DNA of 64,000 bases. Source: Lepidodermella squamata. Taxonomy: Eukaryota; Animalia; Gastrotricha. Below the pieces are notes generated by a model. It saw only the letters and a list, made by a program, of their open reading frames with translations. It ran no database searches and was not told where the DNA came from. This document shows, piece by piece, positions 24,201 through 34,919 of the stretch (its first letter is position 1; the number at the start of each line of letters is the position of its first letter). The position numbers were made by a program, and so were the translations under genes. The stretch spans positions 3,596,001 to 3,660,000 of the forward strand of contig JBLDXI010000015.1 in the NCBI GenBank assembly GCA_047495785.1, written 5' to 3'.

Positions 24201-26264
24201 TCTGCTGGTACTGCGGGATCTTCCCAGCCTCCAACCTCTGCTGGCACTGCGGGATCTACCCAAGCTCCAACCTCTGCTGGTACTGCGGGATCTACCCAGG
24301 CTCCCACATCAGCTGCCACAGCTGGATCTACTCAGGCTCCGACATCAGTAGTTACTGCGGGATCTACCCAAGCTCCAACCTCTGCTGGTACTGCGGGATC
24401 TACCCAAGCTCCAACCTCTGCGGGTACTGCGGGATCTACCCAGCCTCCAACCTCTGCTGGTACTGCGGGATCTACCCAGGCTCCAACCTCTGCTGGTACT
24501 GCGGGATCTACCCAGGCTCCGACATCAGGTGCTACTGCAGGATCTACCCAAGCTCCAACCTCTGCTGGTACTGCGGGATCTACCCAGGCTCCGACATCAG
24601 TTGCTACAGCAGGATCTACTCAGGCTCCGACATCAGCTGCTCCAGCAGGATCCACCCAGGCTCCAACATCAGCAGCTACAGCGGAATCCACCCAGGCTCC
24701 AACCTCTGCTGCTACGGCGGGTTCTACACAAGCTCCAACCACTGTTGCTCCGACGGTGACGACCCAGGCTTCTGACGCGACCACGGCTGTTCCAGCTAGT
24801 ACCAGCCAAGCTCCAGTGGTTACCACCAACCCTGCTTCAGCGGCGACAACACCTGCCGTCTCGGTATCTACCCAGGCAGCTACCACAGGCGCATCAGTTG
24901 TGACCACGCAAGCCTCGTCTGATCCCACTACAGCTGCCCCGGCAGTCACAACTCAAGCATCTTCTGACGCTACAACGGCTGCATCAGTAGTTACTACTCA
25001 AGCGGTAGAAACTACCACAGCAGCTGCAGTAGTGACCACCCAGGCCGCGGAGACTACGACAGCGGCTGCAGCAGTGACCACCCAGGCTGCGGAGACTACA
25101 ACAGCGGCTGCAGCAGTGACTACCCAGGCTGCTGAAACTACCACAGCAGCTGCTAAAACAACAGTCGCTCCGCAACCAGCTGTCGTATCAGCAAGTAAGT
25201 TGTGACTTTTCAACAATGTCACTAGACAGTCTATATTAACCTTATTTCTAAGCTATCTCTGCGGCCCTGACTGTTGAGGCATTGATAGTCAACAACCAGC
25301 CGGTTAAATGGAGCTCTGAATTGAATGATCAGACTTCCGAAGTCTACCGCAGTACCGCAGCTGTCATGGAGCAGCAGGTATGCTTTCGACTCTGTGATTT
25401 CTTATTTACTCAATGATTTTTCCATTTTAGCTCAAAGCAGTTTACGATCAAGCTAGAATCGCTTACACTTCGCTGAGCGTAACGAAACTGAGCCCCAAAT
25501 CTACGGCTTGGTACGTCTCATTGAGACTCCGCAAAACCCGTGAAGGCGAAGCGATTGTCGGCGACTACGATGTTGCTCTGTCGGTCTCTACGTCTGTCTC
25601 GGCCAGCGCGAGTGAGGATGAAATCGCCGCTGCCATTAAGACCCAAGTTGACAGCCAGATCTCTACGACAATAACCGAAATGCAGACCGCTGGAACTTTG
25701 ACAGCTATTTCTGGATCAGTAACTTCTGAGGTGAAGGAAGTAACTGGAGTCACTGTGGCTCCCACCCCTGCGAATCAAGGAAGTGGCGGTTTGACTACTG
25801 GAGAACTTATCGCTATAATCGTTTGCGGTGTTATCGGCGGACTTTTCGTTCTGCTGATCATCGGCTATGCTGTAATGCGGGCCTCGAGATCAAAGAGCCG
25901 CACTAATAATGAAAATGTGCAACCCTCTGCACCAGCCGCTCCTGATGTTGAGCCGGGCGTAGTTCAGCAGAATAAGCAACCTGTAGCTGCTGAACCTCCG
26001 ATGAGCAACATTTATGGTACAGCATATACCCCTACCCCCATGCCGAGATTGACTATGTATCCTGTAGCTCAAGCAGCACCTTCATCTACTCTACCAAGGT
26101 CTCAATTCGAACCATTAGCCCCTCCGATGCCGTTGCAAACTTTCAGTCAACCCACTACTCAAGCCCATGTGAGATTAATTACCGAATTAATTTAATTAGT
26201 AAATAATTTGTTTATTTTATAATTTCAGCTTTATCCCGATGACGAAGAGGCGATGTTTTTCTAA
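18229..26264 (+). CDS. Large type I transmembrane mucin (~2,500 aa) with three tandem-repeat regions and three SEA-like modules
   Basis: Signal peptide; 8 exons (approx. 18229-21103, 21161-21285, 21344-22788, 22841-22966, 23022-25194, 25253-25377, 25431-26168, 26229-26264); three homologous W..e(m/l)....(t/s)..Y modules; TM LIAIIVCGVIGGLFVLLIIGYAV; Pro-rich tail ending AMFF. Confidence 0.88.
18450..21060 (+). repeat. Coding repeat 1 of the mucin: 24/27-nt units (WQPSNMTST / IQPSNQTSTS)
   Basis: Roughly 100 units visible in DNA and protein. Confidence 0.95.
21765..22700 (+). repeat. Coding repeat 2 of the mucin: 96-nt (32-aa) units
   Basis: AACGAAACATCCACCCAGCGG recurs at 21861, 21957 and onward; about 10 copies. 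Confidence 0.95.
23565..24740 (+). repeat. Coding repeat 3 of the mucin: 36-nt (AGSTQAPTSAGT) units
   Basis: GCGGGATCTACCCA recurs every 36 nt; about 32 copies. Confidence 0.95.
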
Positions 26265-26623
26265 CAGTTCAAAATTGACAGCTTGCGCTTCTCGCTGGTC
26301 GTATGAAGCTAAATTTAATATTATGTGAAAGTTTTAATAAAAGCTTGCTGGTTAGCTTATCAATAAATTTGATTAAAAATCAGACAAGTTCGTTACATTG
26401 CCCTAATTTTTTGACTTCGAAGATCATCCTATTGCACTCAGAATTGGCTTATGATCAAAATTATAAAATGACGTAATTCTCAAATCTGCAGCTTTTTGAC
26501 TCATTCCCACGCGGCCGAGTATTAATAGGAATCAATCGCACCCATTAAATGAAACCTGTAAAGTTCAAGTTCGAGTGCACTTCGAGTTGCTTTTAAGCAC
26601 TGAGATAGCTGAGCTACTCGAAA

Positions 26624-27664
26624 ATGAATTCGTCCACACCCCTAGCCGACAATACTTCGAATTCAACTTGCAACGCTCTGGCTGTTGGGCGGGGTAGCAA
26701 TTTCGATGTGGTCATTTTCGGCGGAATCGTCCCAGCTCTTTGCTTAGCTGGTCTTGCCGAGAATGCAGTGAGCTTGGCGATATTCACCGATCGTAAAATC
26801 TTCCCAGCCCCTACCTACATCTACCTCACTGCTCTGACAATTGTCCACAGCATTGCTCTTGTAGCGAAAGGCGCTTGCTTGATAGCTGTTCACCACTTCC
26901 CGAACTTCTCTTTGTCCGGTTATCTAGTCTCAAACGTTTTCTGGCCCTGTTCGTCATTTGCTACAGTTCTATCAACCACCTTAATTGCTGATGTTTCCAT
27001 TGAAAGGATGCTAGTCGTCAGAAGTCTTACCCCTACCTCAATCACTCTGAATTCGACAAGGCAAAGGAGTGCCAACTTAGTTATAATAGTTACGACATTG
27101 ATAACTTTGGCGATAAATGCCCCGAGAATGGCAGCTTACTCCTTCGACCCAGCTAAATGGTGTTATGAATTCAGATGGTCCTTAGCTATAGGAGGCTGGT
27201 TCTCTACTTACGCTATATTTTTCACGACTTACGTGTTTGGTATGTCTTTTTGATATCCGAGGAATTTATGTGTAAGTTATTTTCCTATTTCAGGTCTTTT
27301 GGTTGTTATTGTTCTTTGCAAGGTCATGTTGATAGCTACACTCTGCTCAAATCATCACTTGAAACTCGGCAATGATCGGAAATATGTCGCCGAACAGCGC
27401 CGACTCACGTTGAACCTCGTCGTCTTCATAGTTTTCATAATTTCCAATGAATTCGTGTCGATAATCATCGATCCTATGATGATCAGGCTTTATTGGCCGC
27501 TTCTCAATTCTTCGGTGCAGAATTTCGCCGTTCGACCTCTTTTCGTCAAAAGTGCTATATCGATATCGATTTTTGAGTACAGTTTCATGTTTACGTTTTC
27601 GTTCATTTTTAATTCGAAATTCAGAGAGCGATTTTACGTTATGATTAAAAGCATTAAAACTTGA
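26624..27664 (+). CDS. Class A GPCR (Srw-like), paralog 3
   Basis: Two exons (intron ~27240-27293); FPAPTYIYL, SIERM, NAPRM. Confidence 0.88.
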
Positions 27665-28243
27665 TCTCTAGCTGATTTTCCTATAATGCTGAAAGAATGA
27701 TGAACCTCAGTTTTGTGGAAAAGATGTGCTGTGCAATAAATTTATTAGGTTTTTTGAGGTTTTTTACAAAAAGATAAAAAGACTCGACAACCCAATTTGC
27801 ATTTTCGATTACAACCGCTATATGCCCATCGGCGATCGTGTATACCAGGCTCTTGTGGTATAGGAAATATAGCCCCTAATAATTCTAGGATGAGACGTCT
27901 GGTCGCTCCTCGCAATAAAAAATAGAGCGACATTCTTGATCAGCAAAGATTTTTTTTACTATAGTATTGTAAGCCGCATTTCAGTCACAATAGCTGTAGT
28001 TTTGGCTACTAAATGAATTGGTGTGATTTTTCTTTGTCTGCGCACTGCTGAGGATCGATAAAATTGCGCTCGGCTCCGGGGATATGCGATAATCTTAAAA
28101 TAATCTCGCTCGAGATTACATTTTTGTTTTTGTATACTCGGAAATTTGTAGCTCTTTCATTTTATACAAGTACAATACGTAGTTTTGGAAGCCTTAAAAG
28201 CCTGGATGCCTCTAATTCACCTTGTTTTTTTTAGGAAATTTTG

Positions 28244-29431
28244 ATGAGCCGTAGTAGCATTGTTGATGACATCGTGTTGATTGATTCTATCACTGAATTA
28301 TTCGATGACGGCGGAAATTACAGCACAGATTATTTCAGCGATGCAGATCGTCAAATCGATCCTTACGTCCTCGAAGCTACCTTACTTTCAAATGCAACAA
28401 CATTCGCCGCAAAGAAATGCCACGCTATGCATAAGGCCGGTTATTTCGAGGCGCTGTTCTTCGGCATCCTACTCCCATGCTTCGATGCATTCGGCATAGT
28501 TGGCAATATTTTAAATGTCCTCGTTTTTTCCGACCGCCGCCGTCTACCCGCTCCGACTTACATCTACTTGAACACCCTGAGCGTTGTTCAAATTATTTTG
28601 CTGGTAACCCAGGCAATTTACATGATTTTCGTTCATTTTTTCTACGATTCTGACGTGATTTTATCCGTGATGATTTACACGATTTGGCCTATTTCAAGCT
28701 ATTCAACTTCTTTATCAACTTGTCTATGGGTGGCTGTCTCGATTGAGCGGTTTTTCCACGTCAATACTCTCGCTCCTCCATCTCCTCTTCTGACCGAAAA
28801 GCGGCAATCTACCGCGAGATTGGTTATAACTGGCTTTTGCCTTGTCTTATTAGCTGTCAATATTCCAAAAATGTTCGCCTATGTTTACAACGAAAACGGC
28901 CGATGTTTCGAGGCGCGTTGGCCAATTCATAAGGGTAGCTGGTTTGCAATTTACATTTTCATCCGAGTGCTGATCTTCAATTGTGTCGCAATTCTTCTCA
29001 TTGTCATATTCCAGTGTCTTCTGATACGAACTCTTCTCCGAAAAATGGAAGCGTCAAGTAGTTTCAATCACCAAGTGTCAACTAAGCAAAGTCTTAGGCA
29101 GAAGGAACGGAAGTTGACTACAGCTCTAGTCTCGACAACGGCTTTCATTGCAGCCGCTGAGCTGCTGGCCTTCCTATTCAACCCGATAACTGTTACAGTT
29201 TTCTGGACGAGAACAAACTTGCTGAATGATACTTATGTTCGAAGTCTTTTGATCAAACTAGTCATGCCGTTGATGATGGCTGAATACAGCATGAGCTTTG
29301 TCTTCAATGTCATCTACAACGATGCATTTCGAGTGAGCCTCAGGCAGAAATTTGGCAAAGGCAGCCAGCTAACTCGAGAGGACAGTTTTACTCGCATAAA
29401 TGCTTTGAACGAAGTTGATGGAGATCATTAA
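28244..29431 (+). CDS. Class A GPCR (Srw-like), paralog 4, intronless CDS
   Basis: GNILN, LPAPTYIYL, SIERF, 7 TM segments in a single ORF. Confidence 0.9.
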   Translation: MSRSSIVDDIVLIDSITELFDDGGNYSTDYFSDADRQIDPYVLEATLLSNATTFAAKKCHAMHKAGYFEALFFGILLPCFDAFGIVGNILNVLVFSDRRRLPAPTYIYLNTLSVVQIILLVTQAIYMIFVHFFYDSDVILSVMIYTIWPISSYSTSLSTCLWVAVSIERFFHVNTLAPPSPLLTEKRQSTARLVITGFCLVLLAVNIPKMFAYVYNENGRCFEARWPIHKGSWFAIYIFIRVLIFNCVAILLIVIFQCLLIRTLLRKMEASSSFNHQVSTKQSLRQKERKLTTALVSTTAFIAAAELLAFLFNPITVTVFWTRTNLLNDTYVRSLLIKLVMPLMMAEYSMSFVFNVIYNDAFRVSLRQKFGKGSQLTREDSFTRINALNEVDGDH

Positions 29432-29832
29432 ACAATAAAATTCGGAGGAAATTGCGATAAAATTCTTCTTCATTCTAGCGTGGGATATTCGAGAAAAATC
29501 TTGTGCGCTAAAAAATTTTAAGTCCAAAAAATGAATTCTCGAGATGAATTGAAAAAGCGATTTTTACATCTTTGAAAATCTCGCTAAAAGCCGAAATTTC
29601 CAGTAAAAAAGTCACCCATATTCCAGGAGGGGTAATCGACCCCGCTCTTTCAAACGGTGCAATCAGTTTCTTTTTAGGACTCGCAATTTTTGCGCCACGG
29701 GTAAAAATAGACATCACTTGCGAAAACGTGGTTTGCGGGCGCCCCGGGTTCGATTCTCCACGGCCGTCAAATTTTGAGCGATCAGATTTTCGATTTTTAT
29801 TTTTTATTCTATCATTTTGAAGCCTAATGAAC

Positions 29833-32821
29833 GAGAAAAACTTTTTTTATCCGACATATGTCTTCTTTTATCAGACATATGTCTTATTTCATCCGACAAC
29901 CCAAAAAGTGACTAAAAACATCCGACATGCCTTTATTTAAACGTGAAATGACTTTTTCCATCCGACACATTTCTTACCGACTCATCACTAGTTAGTTTAT
30001 CAATAGTTTATCAATAGCTACTTAGAAGTAGAACCTCGGGAGCCACTGCCTCGAGGCCTTCCCCGGGGTCTGCCTCGACCTCGAACTCCCCTTGAAGTAC
30101 CAGTGGCGTTGACTGCAGGCAATCCTGGAGCATCTCTTCCACCTATTGCACCGGCAGGGCCACGGCTGCCTCTGGAACCACGGCCACCTCTTGCGCCTCG
30201 AGATTCTCGACTGCCGCGGTTGCCACGATTGCTAACACCGCCAACCAAACCACGAAGATCTTCTTCCTCGGAATCCGACTTAGCAACAACACGGCTGTTC
30301 CTTGAGCCACGTCCACCTCTTGCGCCTCGAGATCCACGATTGCCACGGGTGCCACGATTGCCAGCAGTGCCCGCGGTACCAACCAGACCATGAAGAGGAT
30401 CTTCTTCATTCGAATCCGATGTGGCATCATCACGACGACGGACTGGCGAAGGCGAGAAGTTGGGCGATGGCGTTGGCTCCTTTTCACGGAAGCCACCTTG
30501 CATTTCAACGGGGGAAATACTGAGGCGCTGGACATCAGTTTCCAGTTGCTCCGTTGCATCGACTTGAAGCGCGTGACCAACCTTTTGCCTGCGACCACGG
30601 GTTGACTTGCTTGCTGCCGCCAGAGATACCGATCTCAGCTCCGACGGTATCCGTTCAATCTTCAGGCTGTGCAGGAGAGCTACGGCGTGAATGCATGGCA
30701 CCTTCTTCACGCCAGTACGGCAAGAACAGGTTACCTCGCGACCGGGCCTTGCTTCGAGGAACCACGCCTTGTCCAGTGCTTCCTTGAAATGGTCCAGTGA
30801 TTTGTACTGAGAGTAGTTGATGGATCTTATCAGTTCGGGGTCGAATTCGCCGACAGAGATGACGTAACAGTAGATCTGGTCACTTGCTGGCTGAATTCTG
30901 GGATGTTCTGACGCCAAAAATTGCCATGCTTTCATCTTCAACTGGTTGGTAACAGTGGCGACTGCTGCCCAAGCGTCGTCGTCTTGAGACCAGCTGCGAA
31001 GCATGTCGTATGCGGTGACAGTTAAGAAGTTGCGCAAAATAACCTTCTCCCTGTTGGTGAACTCAGCCTTGATCAGTGCATTTAGGCTTTCGACGCCGTT
31101 GTTGGTTGCTGAAAAAGGGGAAAACCCTTCGTACCAACCTTGAACATCTGAGGTAAGCCATTGCTTTTCAAAGTACTCGATGAAACTCGCAGCCTTCCGA
31201 TTGTTTCGCCATTTATCGATGAATAGCTGACGAAGGTTGTCAAACTCTTCGGAGTCGCGTGCCAATTGCAGAAGTGATATGTCATTCTTAATCTAAAAAA
31301 TACCAAGTTGTCGGACGGAAAAGTCATTTTTCGGATAAAATACCTTGCGCTTGATGTCGTCATCAGCTTTGTTGATATACTTCTTCACATTCGCTGAGAC
31401 ATGATACCAACACATCGAACGTTTGGCTTCCTTCCAGGCCTTTGCGATGGCATTTGTGATGTAATCGGCACCATCAGCCATCACATGAGTGGGATAAAAT
31501 TGAGGGCGGCAAATCTTTATTGCCAAGGAATATACGGTTGTCGGATGAAAAAAGACGTTTGTCGGAGAAATCCTACCTTCAAAGAGTTCATCGTAAGCAC
31601 GTTGATTTTCGTTGGAGCAAACAGAAACCATGACAGGATGACATCGGCGGTCGCGATCAGAGGTAGCTGCTACTAACACCTTCGCACGATCGGGTTGGCG
31701 GATAAGCTTGTGGGTCGCGTCAACTTGGAGAAACCCTTTTGTATTGTCCAGGTTACGAAGGAGACGACGAGTTGACAGACAGACTAAATTGAATGAAAAA
31801 TGTCGGATGAAAAAGTCACTTGTCCGTTACTGCCGTTCGTTACCTGAGAAGAACGTAGGTTTTGTGTTGATTTTGTACGAAACCACGAAAGGCTCGTCTT
31901 CGTCGTCGGGCTCTTCCATCCGAGCTTCGCACCAGTTCTGCAACTCAACGGTGCCCATTGGCCCACTAAGATGGATCGCCTCGTCCCGGCTCAAGCCAGT
32001 GGCCATTAGAGCTTCGATGCGCTCCTCTCGCCGAATTCGATACTTCAGGTTTCGCAAGGACTTGAGCCCTACCGCGCCAGTGAAATCGCCCAAGCCAGCA
32101 TTTCTAAGCATTTTGCGCAGTCGTTTCGGTCGAGTGTTTGGGTCAGCTTTCTTGACAAAATCGATAACCTGCGGTGTAATTCGGCGATCTTGCTCTTCGT
32201 GGTTACCGTGGGAACCGCTGAACTCTGCAACGCAGTCTCCGTTGTTGATGTGAAGGGTACAGCGAACCGGGCAGTGGTGGTATCCTTTTTTCTTTGCGAA
32301 CTTGCACAGCCCATAAACCTTCCCTCTGCCATTAGCTAGTCGCTTCTTGTGCCAGTTGATATATGGATCATACTCGCGAAGCCAATCCATACATTGCTTG
32401 GTACTACCAGGCGGGAATTCAGGCGTTACTTGTTGGTCGTAATCGTAGATTCGGCGTTGAATGGCTTGTTGACCTGCTGCATCTTCATCTGCCGAATCCG
32501 AATCCGATTCGGAAGAGGCTGAGGATTCCGAGGAAAATAAGTTAAGCGGCAGTTGTGCCAGGCCAACGGCGAAGACAAAGAATAGTGCAATCAGCGACAT
32601 TTCTCAACTAGTGTTGGGAAACTTTCAAATCACTCCTAACAACTTTCACTCTCTTTTAAAGGCCTAGCGCTGCGCCGAGCTGCGCCTGGCACACGCCTGG
32701 CACGTGTCGGATGAAAAAAGGCGCTCGTGTCGGATGTTTTTAGTCACATTTTAGGTTGTCGGATGAAATAAGACATATGTCTGATAAAAGAAGACATATG
32801 TCTGATGAAAAAAGTCACACC
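29833..32821 (-). mobile_element. Full-length Mutator-like (MULE) DNA transposon
   Basis: ~90-bp imperfect TIRs (29840-29927 and ~32725-32816) built of ATC(C/A)GACA sub-repeats; TSD (C)CTAATGAAC at 29823-29832 and 32821-32830; internal transposase gene. Confidence 0.95.
30018..32600 (-). CDS. MULE transposase (~805 aa) with SWIM zinc finger and RG-rich/AT-hook tail
   Basis: Exons 32600-31844, 31783-31577, 31522-31344, 31292-30018 (intron 2 acceptor reads GG, see findings); QVDATHKL, VMADGA, CWYHV, TNNGVES (DDE), CSC..CIH (SWIM), GRGRPRGRPRG. Confidence 0.9.
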
Positions 32822-33336
32822 CTAATGAACCTATATGCATATTTTGAGCTCATTTGTAAAAAGCCAAGGCCGTTTAGTGTTGGGGCTTATGGCGTGTATT
32901 AGCTATGAATATTCATATCACTTGTGAATATTCGCATGATTCATGAGGGAGTTATTGCAGAGAAATGGCCGCCAATAATTTTAGTTGATTTTTGCGTGGG
33001 TTAATGTTTCCGGCCTTCAGCTGGCTGAAAACGCGAATATACTAGGAAGTTTTAATTTCAAGACGGGTCGGGGGTACGAAATCACCAACATTAATACAAA
33101 TTTCGGGATAAAAATTCGACCTTCATTAATGGTTTTGACTCAGTTTTTGGCTCAGCCAATTTTGATATTATATTAATCATTCATTTAGATTTCGTACTAA
33201 AAAATGCGATAATTTACGTGTATCCAGCGGAAGTAGATTGGATTTAAAGCTTTTCCTCACGTACGATTCCTATAAAAAAAAAATGATTTAAGATTACTAA
33301 ATCAACTCGGTGCTTTTTATTTGAACTTTTTTGGAC

Positions 33337-34416
33337 ATGGATAATATAACTTGGAATAACTCAAATACTGGACGATGCTTCCCAATCGAGAAATCCGATG
33401 ACTTCTCGACAGTTTTCTTCGGCATGCTTGTACCGGCTTTCAACATTTTAGGAATGTTCGGCAACATATTGAACATAATCGTTTTCTCAGACCGGCGCAG
33501 CATGTCCTCGCCAACTTACATCTACCTTAACGCACTGAGCATCTGCCACGCCGCTGTTCTGCTAGGCCAGGCCTACTACCAAATCGGGGTTCACTTTTTG
33601 TACGACAGTTACCCAGCGATTATTCTCTGCCTGAACGTCACCTGGCCTATATCGAGTTACGCTTCATCGATTTCAAGCTGTTTAATCGCCGCTGTCAGTG
33701 TTGAACGGTACATATGTGTCAGCACTTTGGTTCAGCCGTCAAAAGTTGCTTTGAAAAGGAAACAATCATCAGCGAGACGAGTCATTTGGGCATTGACAAT
33801 TGTCCTGTTGATTGTCAATGGCCCTATAATGGGCGCGTACGTTTTCGATGAAGAACGTTGGTGCTTCTCAACCAGGTGGAAGGGCGGTTGGTACTTGATC
33901 TACCTACTTATCCGCTTTATCGGCCTCAATTTCATCGCGATAGCTTTCATTCTAGTCTTCCAATTTCTGTTGATCAAACTGCTGGTGAGAAAGGCGGATA
34001 GGTCTAGCGTGCTGCTCAGCCACAGTTGCTTGAAGACCCTGGCTTATCGTCGAAGGGAGAGGACTATCACTTCAGCAGTTGCTGTAGCAGCTATCTACAA
34101 CATTGTCATCGAACTAGTGGCTATGGTCTTCAGTCCTGTGACAGTAGCCGCGTTTTGGGTTGACACTGGTGTCGTGAATGACAGTGATATGTTCAAAGTT
34201 GTCAAGGTCTTCCTGGCGATACGTGGCACTCAATTTAGTTTTAGTTTTTTATTCAACTACATATTTAACGACGCATTTAGGAAAACACTGATTAAAAAGC
34301 TGTCTTGCAGGCGAGATAAACCGAATAGATACATAGGAAATAGAAGAATTTCTGTCATGTCCACATCGTCTCTTCCAGTCAGTGAAGAATTTAAAAATTT
34401 AAATGAAATTTTTTGA
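33337..34416 (+). CDS. Class A GPCR (Srw-like), paralog 5, intronless CDS
   Basis: GNILN, SSPTYIYL, SVERY, 7 TM segments. Confidence 0.9.
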   Translation: MDNITWNNSNTGRCFPIEKSDDFSTVFFGMLVPAFNILGMFGNILNIIVFSDRRSMSSPTYIYLNALSICHAAVLLGQAYYQIGVHFLYDSYPAIILCLNVTWPISSYASSISSCLIAAVSVERYICVSTLVQPSKVALKRKQSSARRVIWALTIVLLIVNGPIMGAYVFDEERWCFSTRWKGGWYLIYLLIRFIGLNFIAIAFILVFQFLLIKLLVRKADRSSVLLSHSCLKTLAYRRRERTITSAVAVAAIYNIVIELVAMVFSPVTVAAFWVDTGVVNDSDMFKVVKVFLAIRGTQFSFSFLFNYIFNDAFRKTLIKKLSCRRDKPNRYIGNRRISVMSTSSLPVSEEFKNLNEIF

Positions 34417-34460
34417 CAATAAATAAACAAAATAATATGTTTTTCGCTTCTCGTTTTGAG

Positions 34461-34897
34461 GCACATTTTCGCCTAAATTTCCTCCAAGCGCGCACTCTGA
34501 TTGGTCCACCGCGCGCTCGATGACTTACAAAGGCAAACTTTCGAATTTCCCGGCGGTTTTTATATCAAAATAAAATTCATCAAATCTAGAATCGATTGAA
34601 TATGGGGTTCTCGCTCGAAAAATGTAAAGTGAAACTTTTTTACGCGCATTCAAATTAATGCGCAGCACTAGTGACTTGTGCGCTTTAGACGACAACTTTT
34701 GAGCACACGTGAAAAAATGTTGCGTCACATTTTTCGAGCGAGAACCCTATATTCAATCGATTCTAAATTTGATGAATTTTATTTTGATATAAAAACCGCC
34801 GGGAAATTCGAAAGTTTCCCTTTATCATTCATCGAGCGCGCGGTGGACCAATCAGAGTGCGAGCTTGTAGGAAACTTAGGCGGGCCTGAAAATGTGA
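34461..34897. mobile_element. Palindromic MULE-type MITE, copy 1
   Basis: ~165-bp inverted arms (e.g. TTTCGAATTTCCCGGCGGTTTTTATATCAAAATAAAATTCATCAAAT and its reverse complement); 9-bp TSD CGTTTTGAG at 34452 and 34898. Confidence 0.92.
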
Positions 34898-34919
34898 CGT
34901 TTTGAGGCGAGTTTAAGCC

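Noticed and set aside
18389-25222. Long antisense and alternative-frame ORFs over the mucin
   Set aside because: By-products of stop-poor coding tandem repeats.
29736-29770. tRNA gene (GCGGGCGCCCCGGGTTCGATTC, T-arm/B-box-like)
   Set aside because: Only a 3'-half resemblance with a broken T stem and no D arm or acceptor stem; at most a tRNA-derived repeat fragment.
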